Assembly (NCBI GenBank): GCA_001724265.1
Contig: MEDY01000076.1
Coordinates: 62,001-126,000 of the forward strand
Direction of reading: 5' to 3'
Source: Rhizaria sp. SCN 62-66
Lineage: Eukaryota
DNA length: 64,000 nt
A program made the translations under genes and the position numbers. Below the pieces are notes generated by a model. The model was not told the DNA's origin and did no database searches. It was given only the letters and a program-made list of their open reading frames with translations. How positions within the stretch are numbered: position 1 is the stretch's first letter; each line of letters opens with the position of its first letter. This document shows positions 39,601-54,600 of the stretch, in pieces.

Positions 39601-42600
39601 TGAAGCTGCTCATCACTATTTTGCGAGGCGAACGGTGGGGGTTGGGCGTTGAGATCCACCTTGCCATCTGGACCGTACATAATGTAACTTCTATGCTGCT
39701 TCTGCTGTTGTCGGGACTGTAATTGAGCCTGGCCACCGTTCATGTTGAACATGTAGATGTTATAGTGAACGTTGTTAGCGTTGGCACTCATCTTAGTCTT
39801 AACACCATCGCGGCCGTTGTCGTAATCATCATAATAGACCTCAGCTTCGTTCTCAGCTTCAACAGCGGCAGAAGACACTTGACCAGTGTACCTGCGACTC
39901 TGAGAGCCACGACGACTTAGAGAGCTATAAGCACCGTTATCACTGCCACCATCTTCGCTGTCTTCGGCGCCGGCGGCAACAAAAGCAGCATGATTCGCAG
40001 ACTCGTTACTGCCGCTTGCTGCGTTGACGTTAGAGTTACTATTGCTCATCGACAGACGGCGAGCTCCAATGCTGTCGCGACGGCCGCTGCCACTCGCAAT
40101 GCTCACACGGCGCTTCGCAAGCACGGAACTGTTAGCCTTCGAACTGTTACCACTGTTGCGCATACGATCCGTGCCGCGCCCGTGCGCGTCGCGCTCGCGG
40201 TACCGCTGCAGCATCGTCATCACGCCGGAGCCCTGCGCAACCGCGGCCTCGGTCGCCAGCCCGGAAACAGATGCGGCAGCGGCCGCAGTGGGCGCGGGCG
40301 CGGTGCGCGCGTGCCAGGCGCCCAGCTCTGCGAGGCTCTGCGAGGTCGGGGCGGCAGCGAAAGACATAACAAGGTGGCGCTTGAGCAGGAAGCTAGTGTG
40401 CAGCAAGCGGATGACGAGCGCTAGACCGGTCGCGAACGGCGTGAGAGAGCGCACGCGGACGGACGTCGTCGCGGGGGCCAACACAGCTGAGGCAACACCG
40501 GGGGCGTGGCTCGACAAAGAAAGCGTGCGGCTTAGTCCAGAGGGCTGCGTGGCGGTAGTGCGGGCTGACGCGGGCAAAGTGACTGTAAGCTTCGTACCGG
40601 CCGCGGTTAGCACAGTAGCGGAGAGATGCGTGAGTAGGGTTGTCACAATCCACAAGTCATCTGCGGAAAGACCCATCAATGCGGCGGCAGCGGCATTCTG
40701 ATCATCAGTCCCAGTCGAGTTAGCATCTGCATTGGTGGCACTTGCAGCATTGATCGGACTAAGCAAGGCAGGAGCGCGTTTGGCGGCCGTCGTGAGCGCC
40801 TGCGTGACCGTTGCCAGGTGGGTGAGAGTATATGCACCAGCGCCAGCGAGCGCCCAAACGCGACTAGCTTCCCAGAGAGACATCGAGCCTGCAGCCGCAG
40901 TGCCGGCCATCATGATGGTATTCGCACCTGAGTTCGTCGAACCGCTTGCAGAAGCAACACTCTTCGGGGACACAGCAGCATTAATAGCGGCAGTTAAAGG
41001 CGCAACGGCAGTATTGACGGATTCGGTGAATACCATCTTTTGCTGGGTAGTGTCGTGGGCAAGCTTACCAAGCGCTGTGGTAAGCTCAGAAAGCGTTGTA
41101 AAGCGCGCGTGCTGCTCTGCCAGGTGGACGAGCATGTCCGGAACGTCGGGAAGATACGCCGTGTCAGACTTGAGAGCAGCTGCATCTGCAGTAGCGGTAG
41201 CCGCTTGAGCGTTGTTGTTGTCGACAAGCTGGGCGGGTAAGGCAGTGTTGCCCAATGCGTGCGAAGTCAAAACTTGCGTTAGCGCCAACACGCGCGCTGC
41301 ATACCAAGGCTGTGAAAGCAACGCAAGAGATCGGTGAGATGACTGTGTTTGTGACTGCGTCTGCAACTGCAAAGTTGCCGCTGTTGCAGTGTTCTCAGAT
41401 GGGTAGCTGTCGGCGCTGTCATTGTTGTGGGGCTGTGAGCTTATTGACTGAGCTGCAGCGTGCATCAGCGAGGCATGAACGACATTAAAGGGTTGCAACA
41501 AAGGAACAGCGCGGGGGAAGACAGCAGCGGGCGGCAGAGCAGCCAAGTCAGCGACGAAGTCAATGCCTTCATCACCGCTGCTATCGAAGCCGCCCTCGTC
41601 ATCATCGTCATCAAATTCATCGTCATCGTCGTCGTAGACAAACTCGTCGTGAATAGCGTGGCTGCTAAAGTTACTTTGACTGGACGCGTTTCCGTCCTTA
41701 CTCTTCGCAGCACCAGAAGCCTTATTTGAGTCACGCGGGCGTTGCTGTTGTTGCTGCTGCTGAAGGTGAGCGCGAGCACGTGCACGCGCGCGCGCCTTGG
41801 CCATCGCCCTCTTGGCGTCGCGCCGCACACCAGCATTAGCCTCAGCCTCTGCCGCAGCTGCGGCTGCAGCGGCCTCAGCAGCAGCCTCTGCGGCCGCAAC
41901 TGCAGCTGGATTAGTGTCTTTCTCAGTGACGCGAGCAGGGAACAACGTACTCTCGGTATGCGCGTGTGGCAGCATTGACGCGAGAGAGCGCGGGCGCGGC
42001 AGCACGAGCGCAAGCGAAAAGTCGAGCGCGGCCGGCGGGTTCCATAATGGCAGCGCTACAGCGGCCGTTGTCACAGCGCGCGTTTCACTCTTGCTCTCTG
42101 ACGTAGATGCCAGCGCGAGTGTGTGCGGCAGCGCAGCCGCGTGAGCGGCCACTGCGGCGGCAGCGCGCGCGTGACTGAGCAGAGATAGCGTGGACTGAGA
42201 GGGAGTATACAGCATAGTGCCGTCGGGGGCAGCGCCATCGGGGGTGAAACGTGGCGAGAACGCGCTAATGTCACTGCCGCAGACACCGCTGCCGCCGTTA
42301 CTGTCAATCAAGGAACTCGCGCCAACTGCTGACCCAGCAGCAGCGGCGTTGCTATTGTTGTTCACTGTGGCAAAAGCAAAGCTAGAACCGCGAGCTGTAA
42401 GACGAGCGGTCGCGGCACGTGCAGTCGAAGCGCGCGCAGTACCTGCACTGGTGGCGCTGCTGTTGCCGGCAGCAACCAGTCCACCGTTACTAGCTGAGAC
42501 GATGACGATATGTTCGTCGTCAAACGACTGGCAACCCATGTTCGCGGCAACGTTATTCGCCGCGGATTCCACCTTGACAGTAGTCGTGTCTGCCAACCTT

Positions 42601-45600
42601 AAAGCGGCCACAGCGTCGCTGGCTCCAAGCTTGCTTTCAGAGTCGTTGTGCTGGGCGCTGTTGGCGGCGCTGTAGTGGCTGACTGCGTGTGTCGCTGCAG
42701 TAGGCAACGCAAACGGGTTCCAATGTACGGCCCTGCGTGTTGGCCACGGCATCGTGTAGTAGCGCACGCCGCGCCGGCCGAGAGCGACAGCGCCGTCGAC
42801 CGCCATGTCGTCCTTGCTAACGCTGCTGTAGACGCTGCTGCTGTTGTACAGCGAAGCGGCCTCGGCGCGCGCGTACCAACGGCCCAGGCGACGCAGCCTG
42901 CGCGCAGCGAGTCTGCGCTGCTGAGCATTTGAGACATCATGCACTCTCTCGAGAACGGTGCGGGCGAGACGGCCTGCGGAGGGACGCTCGCGCTCGCTCG
43001 CCGTGATCATGTTGACGATGGAGCCAAGCTCGCCGGCAAACAGGCGAGTTGGCGGCGCAGGGGGCTCGTCGGTCGTCAGATCAAACGAGTTGGGCTTGGT
43101 CAGACTCGGCGATTGCGGGCGCTGAGGCGGTGAACCGCCACTCTTTCCGTTGAAGCTTGTACCACTCGGAACCGGGCTGCGCGATGGCATCTGCGGTGAC
43201 ACTGACGCAATGAACGAAGCTGCGTGCGTGTCAGCTGCCGATGACGTTGTGCTCTTCGGCGAGCCCAGCGGAGATTGCGGCCTCGGCGGCGGCTGCGGTG
43301 GCTGCTGCTTGAGACCGGCAGCACCAGACCATGGGCGTGCCATAGCAGGGCTAGCAGCGCCAGTGTTAGATGAGGTTGCCGCAGCATTCGCAGCAGCAAC
43401 GGCGGCCTGAGCGCCCGCAGCAGCCGCGGCAGCGGTCCCAGCAGCTGCGGAAGAGTTGGCAGCAACAGTGCTACCACGGCGACTGCCGCCACGCCAGTCG
43501 CCGTCGCCACTATCGAAGTCGGCGTCAGTGGCTTCGGCCAAGCGCGTCAGGGCAACAATGCTCGTCGGCACCCGCGTGGAGAGCGCGACCAGCGCTGCAG
43601 GACCAGAGGCCGTGTCCGTATAGGCGGCAGCGGCGGCTGCGACGCGGGCAGAGACTGTGCGCAGTGCAGTAACACGGGGGCCGACTGAGGGGAGCCTGTT
43701 GTAGTGACCGTGGGCTGCGCCGCTGTGAGGCACGGTCGGAGTGAACGCGTACGTAGGCGGTGCAGCGTGGGGACCGGCCTTAGTGAGCTCGGTAAACACA
43801 GTGTGTGTGTGTGTAGCCAGCGCCGGTGTCACGAATGTGTCCGGAATCGCCAGATCAAGCGCAGTGATGGTGCGACTGGTGTACAATGACGCTGCGGTAC
43901 TGATGCTAAAAGTACTCTCAACACTAGCTCCTGCATTACTCGCTGGGAGGCTTGTCGCTGAGGAGATAAAGTCATCCTCACCTGTCGGCAAGCTATTGCT
44001 ACTGTTGCCATGGCTGTTGTTGCTCGAGGCTGTCGCAGAAGGCAAGAGAGCAACAGCACCTGCAATGCCGAGACCGGGGATGGCAACTGTGGGGTTCATT
44101 AGCTGCGGCAACAGCGCTGGAATCGAAAGCACCAGGACTGAGAAAACCGATTCATGCAGTGAGCGTGACTGCTGGGACAAAGCAGAATCGGTCAATAAGT
44201 CGTCATTCATGACTGATAGCGGCGAATATGCAGTCAACTGCGCATGAGGCGTACGGAGCGAGTGTGCCGTGATAGTGAGAGCGTCGACGAGAGCGGGCAA
44301 CGAGTCAAAAGTTAAGCCACCAGCAGTGAATAGCTTGATTGCAGCGGTCGCGGCTGCGAGAAGCTCGAGAGACGCATCCACATCAACAGTGGGGCCCACA
44401 CAGTTCATGTTGGTGGAAGCATGCTCAGTCTGAGAGCATGATGATAACGGTGAGAGAAGGGAATGAAGGGATTGCGGGAGCTTAATAGAGTCCATAAAAA
44501 CGTCCTCAATGTCAGGCAACTCTCCCCAAGTCTCGCCTTCGTCACCACTATCAGCTGCTTTCTCAGTATTCTCTTCAACGGTATTGATCGCCGCAGCGTT
44601 GATAGCAAAGTTGTCAACAATAGAAGGGACCCCTGCAAAGCTCATGTTACTCATCTCGGCAGTCATGTCCGTGCTGTTGAAGCTATCCGCGTCTCCGAAG
44701 CTGTTGTAAGCCTTCGCAGAGCTCTTGTTATTGCGGCGTCGGTTGCGAGAGCGCCTGCGCGCGCGCCTGTCGCTCATCGCGGACAGCCCACCGGCGCCGT
44801 AGCCAGAGCTGCTATCTTGCGTGAGCGCCAGGGCACGAGCGCGAGCCTCTTGCGTGGCCTCGGTCTCTCCGTTGAGATGCTCGTCTTCTTCACCTTCCTC
44901 AATTGTCGCGCCGAGAACGCTTGTGTTAAGACGACTAACGTTCACAGTGCTGTTGCCGCCGTTCATGCTTGTAGTCTGGTCGCTGCAATCGACAGAGAGC
45001 TTGGCGCGCTCTAACACAATGGCGCCGTTGACTGAAGACGCGCCATCGTAGTTGCGCACGCGAACGGAAGAGAGGCCGCCCGCCAGTGCGGGGCCTGTGG
45101 GTTGCTGCAGTGCCGCGTGGGCAGCAAGGGCAGCAGCAGGAGAGGAGAGAGGCACGGTGCCCTTAGCAAGAGCGAGTGAAAACCGTGTCGTGAGCAGAGT
45201 GGCATCCTCAGCAATTGCGCTTGCAAGAACGCTTGGCATCGCGCGACTGTCGCCGTTGTTGTCATTACTGGAGTCGCCAAGGGCAAGTATGACATGCTTC
45301 GTGGTATTGTTGCTCTTTAATTTCTGCGTGAATGCCTTCTTGCTACTCTTCGCAGAGTCGCCACAGTTGCCTCTAGTGAATGCAGGTAAATCGAGCCCAG
45401 TCGAGACAGAGAGTCCGATTGCTTCGTAGAACAGCTCAAGGAACGCGGCACGCGCACGAGAAAGCTTACTTTCACTTGATCGGGCGGCAGCATCAACGGC
45501 GAGTGCAACGCGAGTCAACGGCGAAGTAAGCACCGCGGTTGCCGAAAGCGGCAGCAAAGCGAGAGGTCGCGACCACAAAGGCGCCCCAGGGGCCGGCGCG

Positions 45601-48600
45601 GGCGCGGCGGTGGGCACAGCTGCGGTGACGGAAGCAGGGGCAAGGCGCATCGCCTGCGTCGTAAGAGCGCGCTGAATGAAGGTAAATGTAAGCGGAAAAG
45701 GAACGTCAATAACGCTGCTCGCAACAACAGATGCGATTGAGCTCACTGTGTCGGATTGAACCTTCCCGTCGTTGTTAAACTCCTTGTTGTCCATATGTTG
45801 TTTGTTACCGCTGATGGTGTAGGCACTCGGTGCAGGAAGCAAAGGAGTCTCACTCGTCCACGACAGCGCGCTCATTAATGAGCCACTCGCAGTCCGCCCC
45901 AAAGTGAAACTGCCTTGAAAAGCCACAATTGACTGCAGCAGTGACATCGCGCGCGCAACGGGGCCAACTAAGAGCGCGCCCACGGTCGCCGCAACATCCT
46001 TGTTTACGGTCAATGACTTGTTAAGTGGTGACACAGCAGGGAGTGCGGCCGCAACTGTGCCACGACGGCGGAGAATGCGGAGCAAGTTGCGCACGCGGTC
46101 AGGGTACACGCGCTGGCGTTCGAACGTGGTTTCCAGTCCGGTGCCGTGTAATGCGCCGCTGTGCAGCGGGGACGCGCGCAGGTGCGTCGTTGCAGTGGCG
46201 CAGAGCAGGATAAACCGGCGGTGCGCGGCGGCTACAGAGTTAGCAGCGCGGGAGAAAGCGATGTCGAGTGCAACCATAATGCTTGCCACATTGGCATTGT
46301 CATCCGATGCATTGTCGCTACTTTGGTCAGGGGCTTGAGCAAATGAGGCGCGGGGGCTACTAACAAACGTGTTGGGACTTGGGCTCCTGTTGTCGAGAAC
46401 TGACGAGCGGCGAGAACCGACACGAGAGCCAACACGGGAAATGCTTGATGTCGTCATAAAGCTTGATGCGCTGTTCGCGTGGCCGCTGGCTGTACTGAAG
46501 ACACGACGGTGAGAGGGAAAACTCGTATGTGGAGTCGCACCAGGTGTCAGCGACGGTGACTCTGCCCGAGAGCCGCCGGATCCTGTGGCCATCAGGCCTG
46601 TGCGACTGAGAGAACGCTTGTGGTGGGACTGGCTTGAGCTAGAGCTACTCGACATCCTGCGAGCGAGGATCTTGGTGCTCGCGAGCGAGTCGAGTGTCGG
46701 TGAGAGGCGACGGGGAGATGACGGTGCCGGCGAAGGACTTCGCGACTGCAGACGTGAGTGTGGGCGTGATCCGCTACTGCTGCGGGGGCTGTTGTTCGCA
46801 CTCGAAACCAAAGGGGCAGTTGTCATCACAGAGACCGACGGCATCGTAACCGTAAGGGTGACAACAGAGTTTGTTTGACTTTGATCGGTCGATTTACTGC
46901 TACTGTCCACTGTCTTAACATCAAACAAGGTCAGACCAGCAGCTAAGGCAGAGCGCAGGTGATCAGCAGTGTCAAGACCAGCCCCGGATAAAGTGACTAG
47001 CGCGCGCGCTGCCCGTTGAACCCACACTGCACCAGCAACAGACGCAGATGCGGCCTGATCTTGACCAAGCGCGTCACCGTCACCAGCGCTTTGCTGAAGC
47101 CGCTGCAATAGAGGAGCAAGCGCAGTTGAGAGGATACCGACAACCTCGGCAACGTGCTCGCTCTCCACGGCAGCGTGAATGTACATCAACGCACGCAGTG
47201 ACTGAGAGAGCCGCGCTGGCGTGCCGAGCGGCAGCAGAGGCGGCAGCGCCGGGGCTGCGGGCAGCGTGAGCGAACGCGGGATCGGCAGGTCAAAGCTCGA
47301 CTGCAGCAGCGGCAGCGAGAGGTAATGCAGCTGCGGCGTGCTCAGCAGAGGCAGGGAAAACGACGAAGCAGCACTTGCGGCCGCCGCGGCGGCAGCTGCA
47401 GCGGTGGTCATAGGTGCGCCCGCGATCGGCACCCCGGCGACTGAACGAAGTGTGATGCTTCCAATACTGGCACTGGGGTTGTAGCCGATGCTGCTGCCGC
47501 CACCAAAGCCAAAAATGCTGCCGCGCTGTGTCATCTGCTGCGGTGACATGAAGACAGAACCGCGCGAGTGCAGTGGCGACGGCATCGACATGCGCGGTGT
47601 CATTCCTGGGTATCCGCTTGTCACAGTGGGTCCGTAGCCAGCGGAGATTGAGCCCCCCCGGTTCAGCGACCGCTGGCCGCCGAGATAAGGCGAGGCCGGC
47701 GCAAGCACGCTGCCACGGGGACCCAGCGTAGCGCCCGCGCCCAGCAAGGCATCTGCATGTTGCTGTGAGAAGCTATGCGTGCCATAGCTCTGGTGCAGCG
47801 GGACAAAGGCAAGTGAGCCGCGTGCCGTGTAGTCGTTCGGATCGTAGCTCGTGAGTGTGGGGTCCTCGAAGTGCAGCTGGTAGGGCGCCTCTGCACTGGG
47901 CCCAGCATATGGAGACCTGAGTCCGCTCGCAGACTGACCGTGAGCAGATGGCGGTGACAAGAATTGGCCGGAACTGTTCGCATTATGCAAAGGTGTCATG
48001 GCTTCCGCAGCAGCAACGTTCGCGGGAGTGAGAGCAGGGGACAGATTCGGGAAGAGACTGGTGCTGCGACGGAATCCAAGCGACGGCGATGCAACCATGA
48101 TACTCCCGCGCTTGGAGATGCTGGACCCGCCAGTGCCAGTGAGAGGACTGAACGCGCCCAGTGGTGTGCCGTTGTTCGCGTTCATCTGGAGTTGATGCTG
48201 CTGGCCGAGCGCGTTATAGCCTAAGCCCGTGCCCGACCGGCGCGCGCCGCCTGGAGTCGTCGGCGTGAAGCTCACGCTGAGCCGGTGACTGGGGCCGGTG
48301 GGGGACGCCATCATCACCGACGGTGTGGGCTGGGTGAGGCCTGCGTTAGCGCCAGAGGAGCTAGCGTTGTCCAGAGAGAAATTACCAACGGCGTTGCTGC
48401 TGTTGTAGTTATAATTATAAGGTTCAACACTGCTAGCTCCCCATCCCCACGCCTCAGCCTCAGCTGCAGTAGCTGTTGCAAAGATTGTGTTGGATCTAGT
48501 TCTAGAGCCATTGATGTCGAGCGTGACAGATAGAGTGTATAATGGTGCCTTGGAGTGGAGTTGCGAAGATGCAGGGCCGTAAACAAAACCGTATTCGACA

Positions 48601-51600
48601 CCATAATCGTTGCTCTCGCTGGGCACGATGGTGCTGCGCGAGTTGCCGCCGGGACTACTGCTGGGCATCTTAACAGTAGTTGCGGATGCAAAGATATCAG
48701 GCGCAAACTCACAAAAAGGCACCGATAATGCTTCCGCAACCTGCAGAGTCAAGGAAGGGAAAGCGGCCGCAAACGCATGCGCGCTGTCGGTTGCGACTGC
48801 GGCAACTGCAGCTGTTGAGGCCGTGACGGCAGCGTCAGCGGCAGTGACTGCCGCGTCGACAGAGTTTGAACCAGCTACAGAATTTGCAAAAGACACGCGT
48901 GAAGACGCACGTGTAGCACGAACGGGTGTGAAGAAGCCACCACTGCCGTCATTCTCCGCCGTTGCAGCGGCGGCATCTGCCTCAGCATCTGCACTCGGGT
49001 TACCGATGATTGGCGTCGTGGCAGCAGCCACAGCGGCGGGAGTCGGAGAGGGCACGAGCGTCTTGCTTGCGCCACCAGTGTTGGCGCGCGCTGTCGCGCC
49101 TGACTCGGCACTCGGTGCAATCGGAAGGGCAAGCTCGGAGGCCGAGCGTTGCACCGGTGCCCGGCGTGGCGCGGTCGCAATCGCGTCTTGAGGCACCAGC
49201 TGGTACACGCTGCGCTCGCCCAGCACTGCGGCTGCGGTCGCCAAGGCCGCCGCGACCTCCGCGTTCAGTCCGTTCGCATGGCCATGGCTGTTCTCGGAGT
49301 GAGAAAGCAGGAGAGAGCGCGCCGAGTCGGACGCCAGTGCAGTCATGGTGTCGACGTCAGTCGGCAGGATGACAATGTTCATCGCAGCCGGAGCTCGCGC
49401 GGGAGGCGGCGGCAAGCTGGCGCTGGCAGTGGCAGAGCTAGTGTTGCTGGTAGTCTTGTTCCGCGCGTTCGCAGCGGCGGCGGATGCAGCCGTTGCAGCC
49501 GCGACGGCTAGAGAAGCAGGCAAAGCATTGGCGGACGGAAGGCCTTCCTCTTCGAGACGCTCGGTCAGCGCGCGCGAGAGCAAGTACAGGCAGTGCAGCA
49601 TCGTTTGCTGCGGGTAAGCTAGTGGTAGCGCTGCCTCATCCCACTTGGACGGGAGCTGCTTAGCAACAACGGCAGTATCTTGTTTGTTCTGAATAGCGGC
49701 GTCCTCATCGCTGTCGTCGTCACTCTCCGTATTGCACTTTATAGGGTCTGCGTTCGAGTTCATGCTGGCGCTAACATTGCTGCGAGCGCCGCCGCTGACG
49801 TATTTCATCTGATAAGAGTCCGCGGCCATCGGCAGCAGGTCCCACAGAAGCGTCGGGATTTTGGCCGCGTCCGCCTGCGACACAAGAGAGCACACAGAGC
49901 GGACCCGCGGGTACCGCATCGCCTCCTTGATGCGTGTCACTGACACACCGGCACCGCTGCCCGCCGCGAAACCGGTCAGCGAGCTGGATGCAGCAGCTGC
50001 GGCAAGGATGTTGCCCCACAGCAGAGCCTTGTCAGCGTCTGCGGAAAGGGCCAGCAGGGCGGCGCCGAGGGGGGAAGAGAGAGGCAAGGCGGAGACCGCG
50101 TTAACCGCTGTCTTGCTACTCTGCGGCGGGTTGTTACTACTGAGAGCACTGATGTTCATCATCTTGTCATGATTCTGAGTGAACATAGGAGCGAGGAGAA
50201 CGGCCTCGCCTGGTGCCATCGCGAACAACGCGAGGGGCGCAACGGCGAGCGCTGCCTCTGCTAAGTGCGAAGACTGGGCAAGAGCCCAGGATGGCACAGT
50301 TGTAGCGCTCGAGCCCGAACCAGAAGTTCCTTCGTTAGCTCCAGTACCCGCCCCTGAGTTAGCACTCGAGCCAGCGGCAGAAGCACTGCTACTGCTTGGA
50401 TTGGTGGTGCTTGTCGCATTGGTCGTAAGGGCAGCGCCGCCGAGCTCTTGCAGCAGCCAGGGCGCGTTGCTTGCGGACAGCGCTGCGAGCGCAGAGGCGG
50501 AGCCCCCGCTGAAGAGGTTCGTGACGGTCGCTGTGTAAGGCGCCATGAGAGCGGCCAGACGCTGCGACAACACACGGTTGTGAGGGAAGAGTGCAGCGGC
50601 AAGATCTTCGATCCGCGCCGTCCGCTGCAGCTGCTGCTGTTGAGGTGCAACAGCCGACGCACCAGGGTTTGCAGTGCTTGAACTCGAGCTCGAGCTTGAG
50701 CTGTTTACGCCCGCGCTTGTGAGAGGCGTGGGTGCTGGCTCGTGAGACGACAACAGACTCGCACTCGTCGTGTTGGCAGCAGCGGCAGCGGTAGCAGGCG
50801 CGGGCGGAGACAGCAGCACAACAGCCGGCGTCGCAGTGCCAGTCGCGGTGCCAGTCGCGGGAGTCGCGCCAGTTGTCGAGCTCGAGATCGAATTGGCAGC
50901 AGGCTGCGCAGCAGTACCGGCGACATTGGAGCTGCTGGCACCAGAGGCTACTGGCGTTGGGAGAGGTAAAGGCACCATCAGAGCAGCACCAACTCCGGAC
51001 TGCAACAGTGCCGCTAGCGGGGTGTTGGAAAGCACCTCAGCCACATTGCCTGACTGCAGATGTGCCTTATGGAATGCGCCAAATCCAAGAGCTGAGCCAC
51101 TTGCGTTGTTACTGTCGCTCCGTGATGTGTTCTTACCAGATTTAAAGCCAGAGCTCTTATTATTGTCAGTCTTTGAGTTTGCAGCGCTCGTAGTATCGCT
51201 CGCAGCACTTCCCTGCGTATGAATTTTAGCTGAAACTCCAGTCGAGAGCGTCGCGTTAGCATCGTTCACGGCAACAGTAGTGAGCGGGATGATTGCCCTG
51301 AACGTCGACTTGGTGTTGGCGCTAAGTTTTGTCGCACGAACAGCGAGCGCGAGATCGCGGAATGATGAAAACGCAACGCCCTGCGCGGCTAGAGACTGCA
51401 AGGTCGACAGCAACTGCACAAAGAAAAGCGGGCAACCAAACGCAGCGTTGGCATCGACCGTAGCAGCGTTGATTGTTGCAGGGAGCATGAGAGTCATGCG
51501 GGCACTCATACTGTGCAGCAGTAGACCGTTCACCGTTGCGTTGTGTTCGCTAGAGATTGACTGACGCAGAGTGCAGGCAGCGGAGCGCTCAGGCCTGAAT

Positions 51601-54600
51601 CCTTGACTCTGCTGCTCACCGCGCTTGCCCGAACCTTCCTGGCTAGCAGTACTGGTGCACTTAAACGCAGAAGAAGCACTAGAACCAAGAACCAAACCAG
51701 CGTCAAGTCCCGCGGCAGCGAAGAACATCTTGGCCGCGTCATCACTGCCCGAGCGTGCAGTCAATTCAGCAACTGAGCTGGGAATAGATTCAGCAAGAGA
51801 CCGCGGCGCAAGTGCCGTCCACACGGGGTGAACATAGTCGAACTCGCCAAAGTTCTCGGAGAAAAAGTCGTAGAATGCATGATCAGCGCGGGAGGACGCC
51901 CCTACGCTGTTAGATGCAGATGCAGTGCCCGATAATGTTGCGCGCAGAAGACGATCAGCGCGCGCGCGGGTGATGGCGCTCAGAGAGGGCTGCAACTGGA
52001 ACGCGATCAGCGCGAGCGAGTGCAAAAGCACCCGCGGCGAAACCGTTGCAACTGAGTTGGCAGCTGCGGGGGTCAACAGGATGTCAAGAAGGCTTATGTC
52101 GACACTCACGCTCTTGTTGAGACTAGCGCTGGAAGTCGACAGGCGAAGTGACGAGAGCAGCAGACGACGTGCGGCCGCGGCAGAGGCGCGACGCGCCCCT
52201 GAGCACAGGCGCTGTGTATGGTGCAAAATGCGCGCAAACACTAAGAACTGCGCGGTCGCAGCAACAGGGACGGACGGCAATGCGTTGGCGACTGTAGGCG
52301 CAGTGCTGCCAATGGAGGCCGGCAGGGAAGACTGCGCGGCCGACTCAACGCGGGAGAACGTTGGTGCAGAGCGCAACGAGACGCTGCGCATCATATGCGG
52401 CGCGGAGATCCCGCTACTGTTGTTGTCCGCGTTGCTTGCGATCGACTCAGGCGGTGGAACACCGGGCAACATCTCGATGCCACTGCTGTTGTGAGAATGG
52501 CTAGGGTCGCCGTCGGTGTTATCGCTCATGTTCGTGGTCAGACTGAGGCCGTACTTGGAGTGTTTAGGCTGGCTGGTCTGGATGTATTCGTCTTCGTCAT
52601 CATCATCGTCCATGACGCTCCGAATGCCACTGTTCCTTGCACCAACGTTAAAACTACTGTTTTTTGAGATGTTATTGTTGTCACCCCACACCGACGCGCG
52701 CGCAGTCTCAGCCGCTGTCTGAGCAGCAGCGTTCGCGGCAGCAGCCTCAGCAGCGGCAGCAGCCTCCTGCTCAGGGCTCGACTTGACGGTGACGACACCT
52801 CCAGCACGAGACAGCGCAATCGCGTGCGCAGTCCACGCGCGCACCTCGCCAGCCACAATTTGCGCGACTACAGGCGCCACGTGAGCGAGCTCGGCCTGCG
52901 CGCGCGGGCCGCCGCCGGTGGCGAGGAACAAAGCGTGCAGCTGGGCGCGGTCGAAGCGGAGAGTTGCCCGCTTGGAGCCGAACTCGGCGGTCACGCCGCG
53001 ACCAGTCGTGGTAGCGGGCGCGGGGGAGGTGAAGGCGAAAGCGTGCGATGCAGAGACCGAACCGGACACAGAGCCAGGCGCGGGAGCGGGGCCTAAGCCG
53101 GATGTTGAGCCAGTGACTGAACTGGGTGACGTGCTTGATAGAGGCGCTGGCATCGGCAGCGGTGCAGGGTTGAAGCCAGTGCTACCGATGTTGCTAGAGG
53201 CAGCGCGGGTGATAGGCGATGGGACACCGATCGCGTTGTTATTCTCCGTCTGCATCGCGTTGCCGCCACTGTTGAGAATGGGCATCGTGGAAAAACGAAG
53301 GATCTCGACAGGCGGCTTAGCTTCGGAACCGCTGCGGTCACGGTCGGGGAACATGCTTTCACGGTCACGAGGTGAGAACTGTGGCGGCGTGTGCAAGTTG
53401 AACATATGTGTCGTTGAATGAGGCGATGACTGCAGCTGCTGTTGTTGCTGCTGTTGCAGTTGTTGCTGCTGCTGTTGCGCGGTGGTTCGCGAAGACACGC
53501 CAGTGAGCCTAAGCATCGGCAGGAACGCCATGTGCAGTGCACGCAACTGGCTGTTCGCATCGTTGAGCGCACTGGTAAAGCCATCCCTGCGCCGTGCCGT
53601 GGCCGCTGCAACGACCCTCTCAAGCGTCGCCGCGAGCGCCGCAGGAGACGCGTAGCGGCAGCCGAGCTGTGAGAGCTCAGTGAGCAGGCGCAGCAACGAG
53701 TGGAACGGCAAAGGAGACTTGAGAGTCAGCAGAGGCAGCAGCGCGGCGCGGGTGAGTGCCGCGGGCGCGGTTCCGGCAGCGGACTCAGCCGCTGCTGCAG
53801 CAGCAGTTGCGGCGGCAATCGCCTCCTTGTTGCTGCTGTTGCTCGCACAGCACGCAGCGGCAGCCGCAGCCGCGCTGTCAGTGACCGGCATGCCCGCGAT
53901 GAGCGGCAGACGGTGCGCCAACACGTGCCGCAGCAGAGCGATTTGCTCTCTAAGCGCACGCGACGCGGCTGTCTCGCGCTCGCGGAGCTTGCTGAGCAGA
54001 CGGGGCAGAGATGGGATAATGCCGTCATCGAGCGGCAGGGTCAAAATGGCACCAGTGACAGGGCGGTCTTGCTTCGAACCATCGCTGCTCACGTTAAAGG
54101 TAAAACGAGCACTAGTGGCATTTGCGGAAGCCTTCGCGTCATAAGACGCAGTGAAAGGGCGAGGTGCTTCGTACAGCGTCCAGCGAAACAGCACAACGTC
54201 AGGGATAGCAGAGCCGACCGCAGCAGGAGCACTCAGGAGACCTAGGTGCGAGGGGGCGAAGGGGCGCAAAGAGGCTAATGAGTGGCTGTTGAGCAACTGT
54301 GGCGGGAGAGAACGGCGCGCGACAGACAGAGACTGCTTGAACGCACTGCCAAGAGTACTGTTCCCGGAGTCCAGATCACCGTGAATCGCGTTCAGGTGCG
54401 GGGCGACCGAGTTAGCGTAAGAGTTCTCTGCATCGATGGGCGGGTAGTCATAAAACACTGATGGCGAAACAAGTCCGACGCGGTAGTTCTCGTGCGCCAG
54501 CCCGCTCAGCAGCGTGACGTGGGGGCAAACACGGGCAGCGGATTCCGGAGCCGCAGCGTCAGCGTCGGCCTCAGCGTCCTCACCAGTGTGCTCTCTACTG

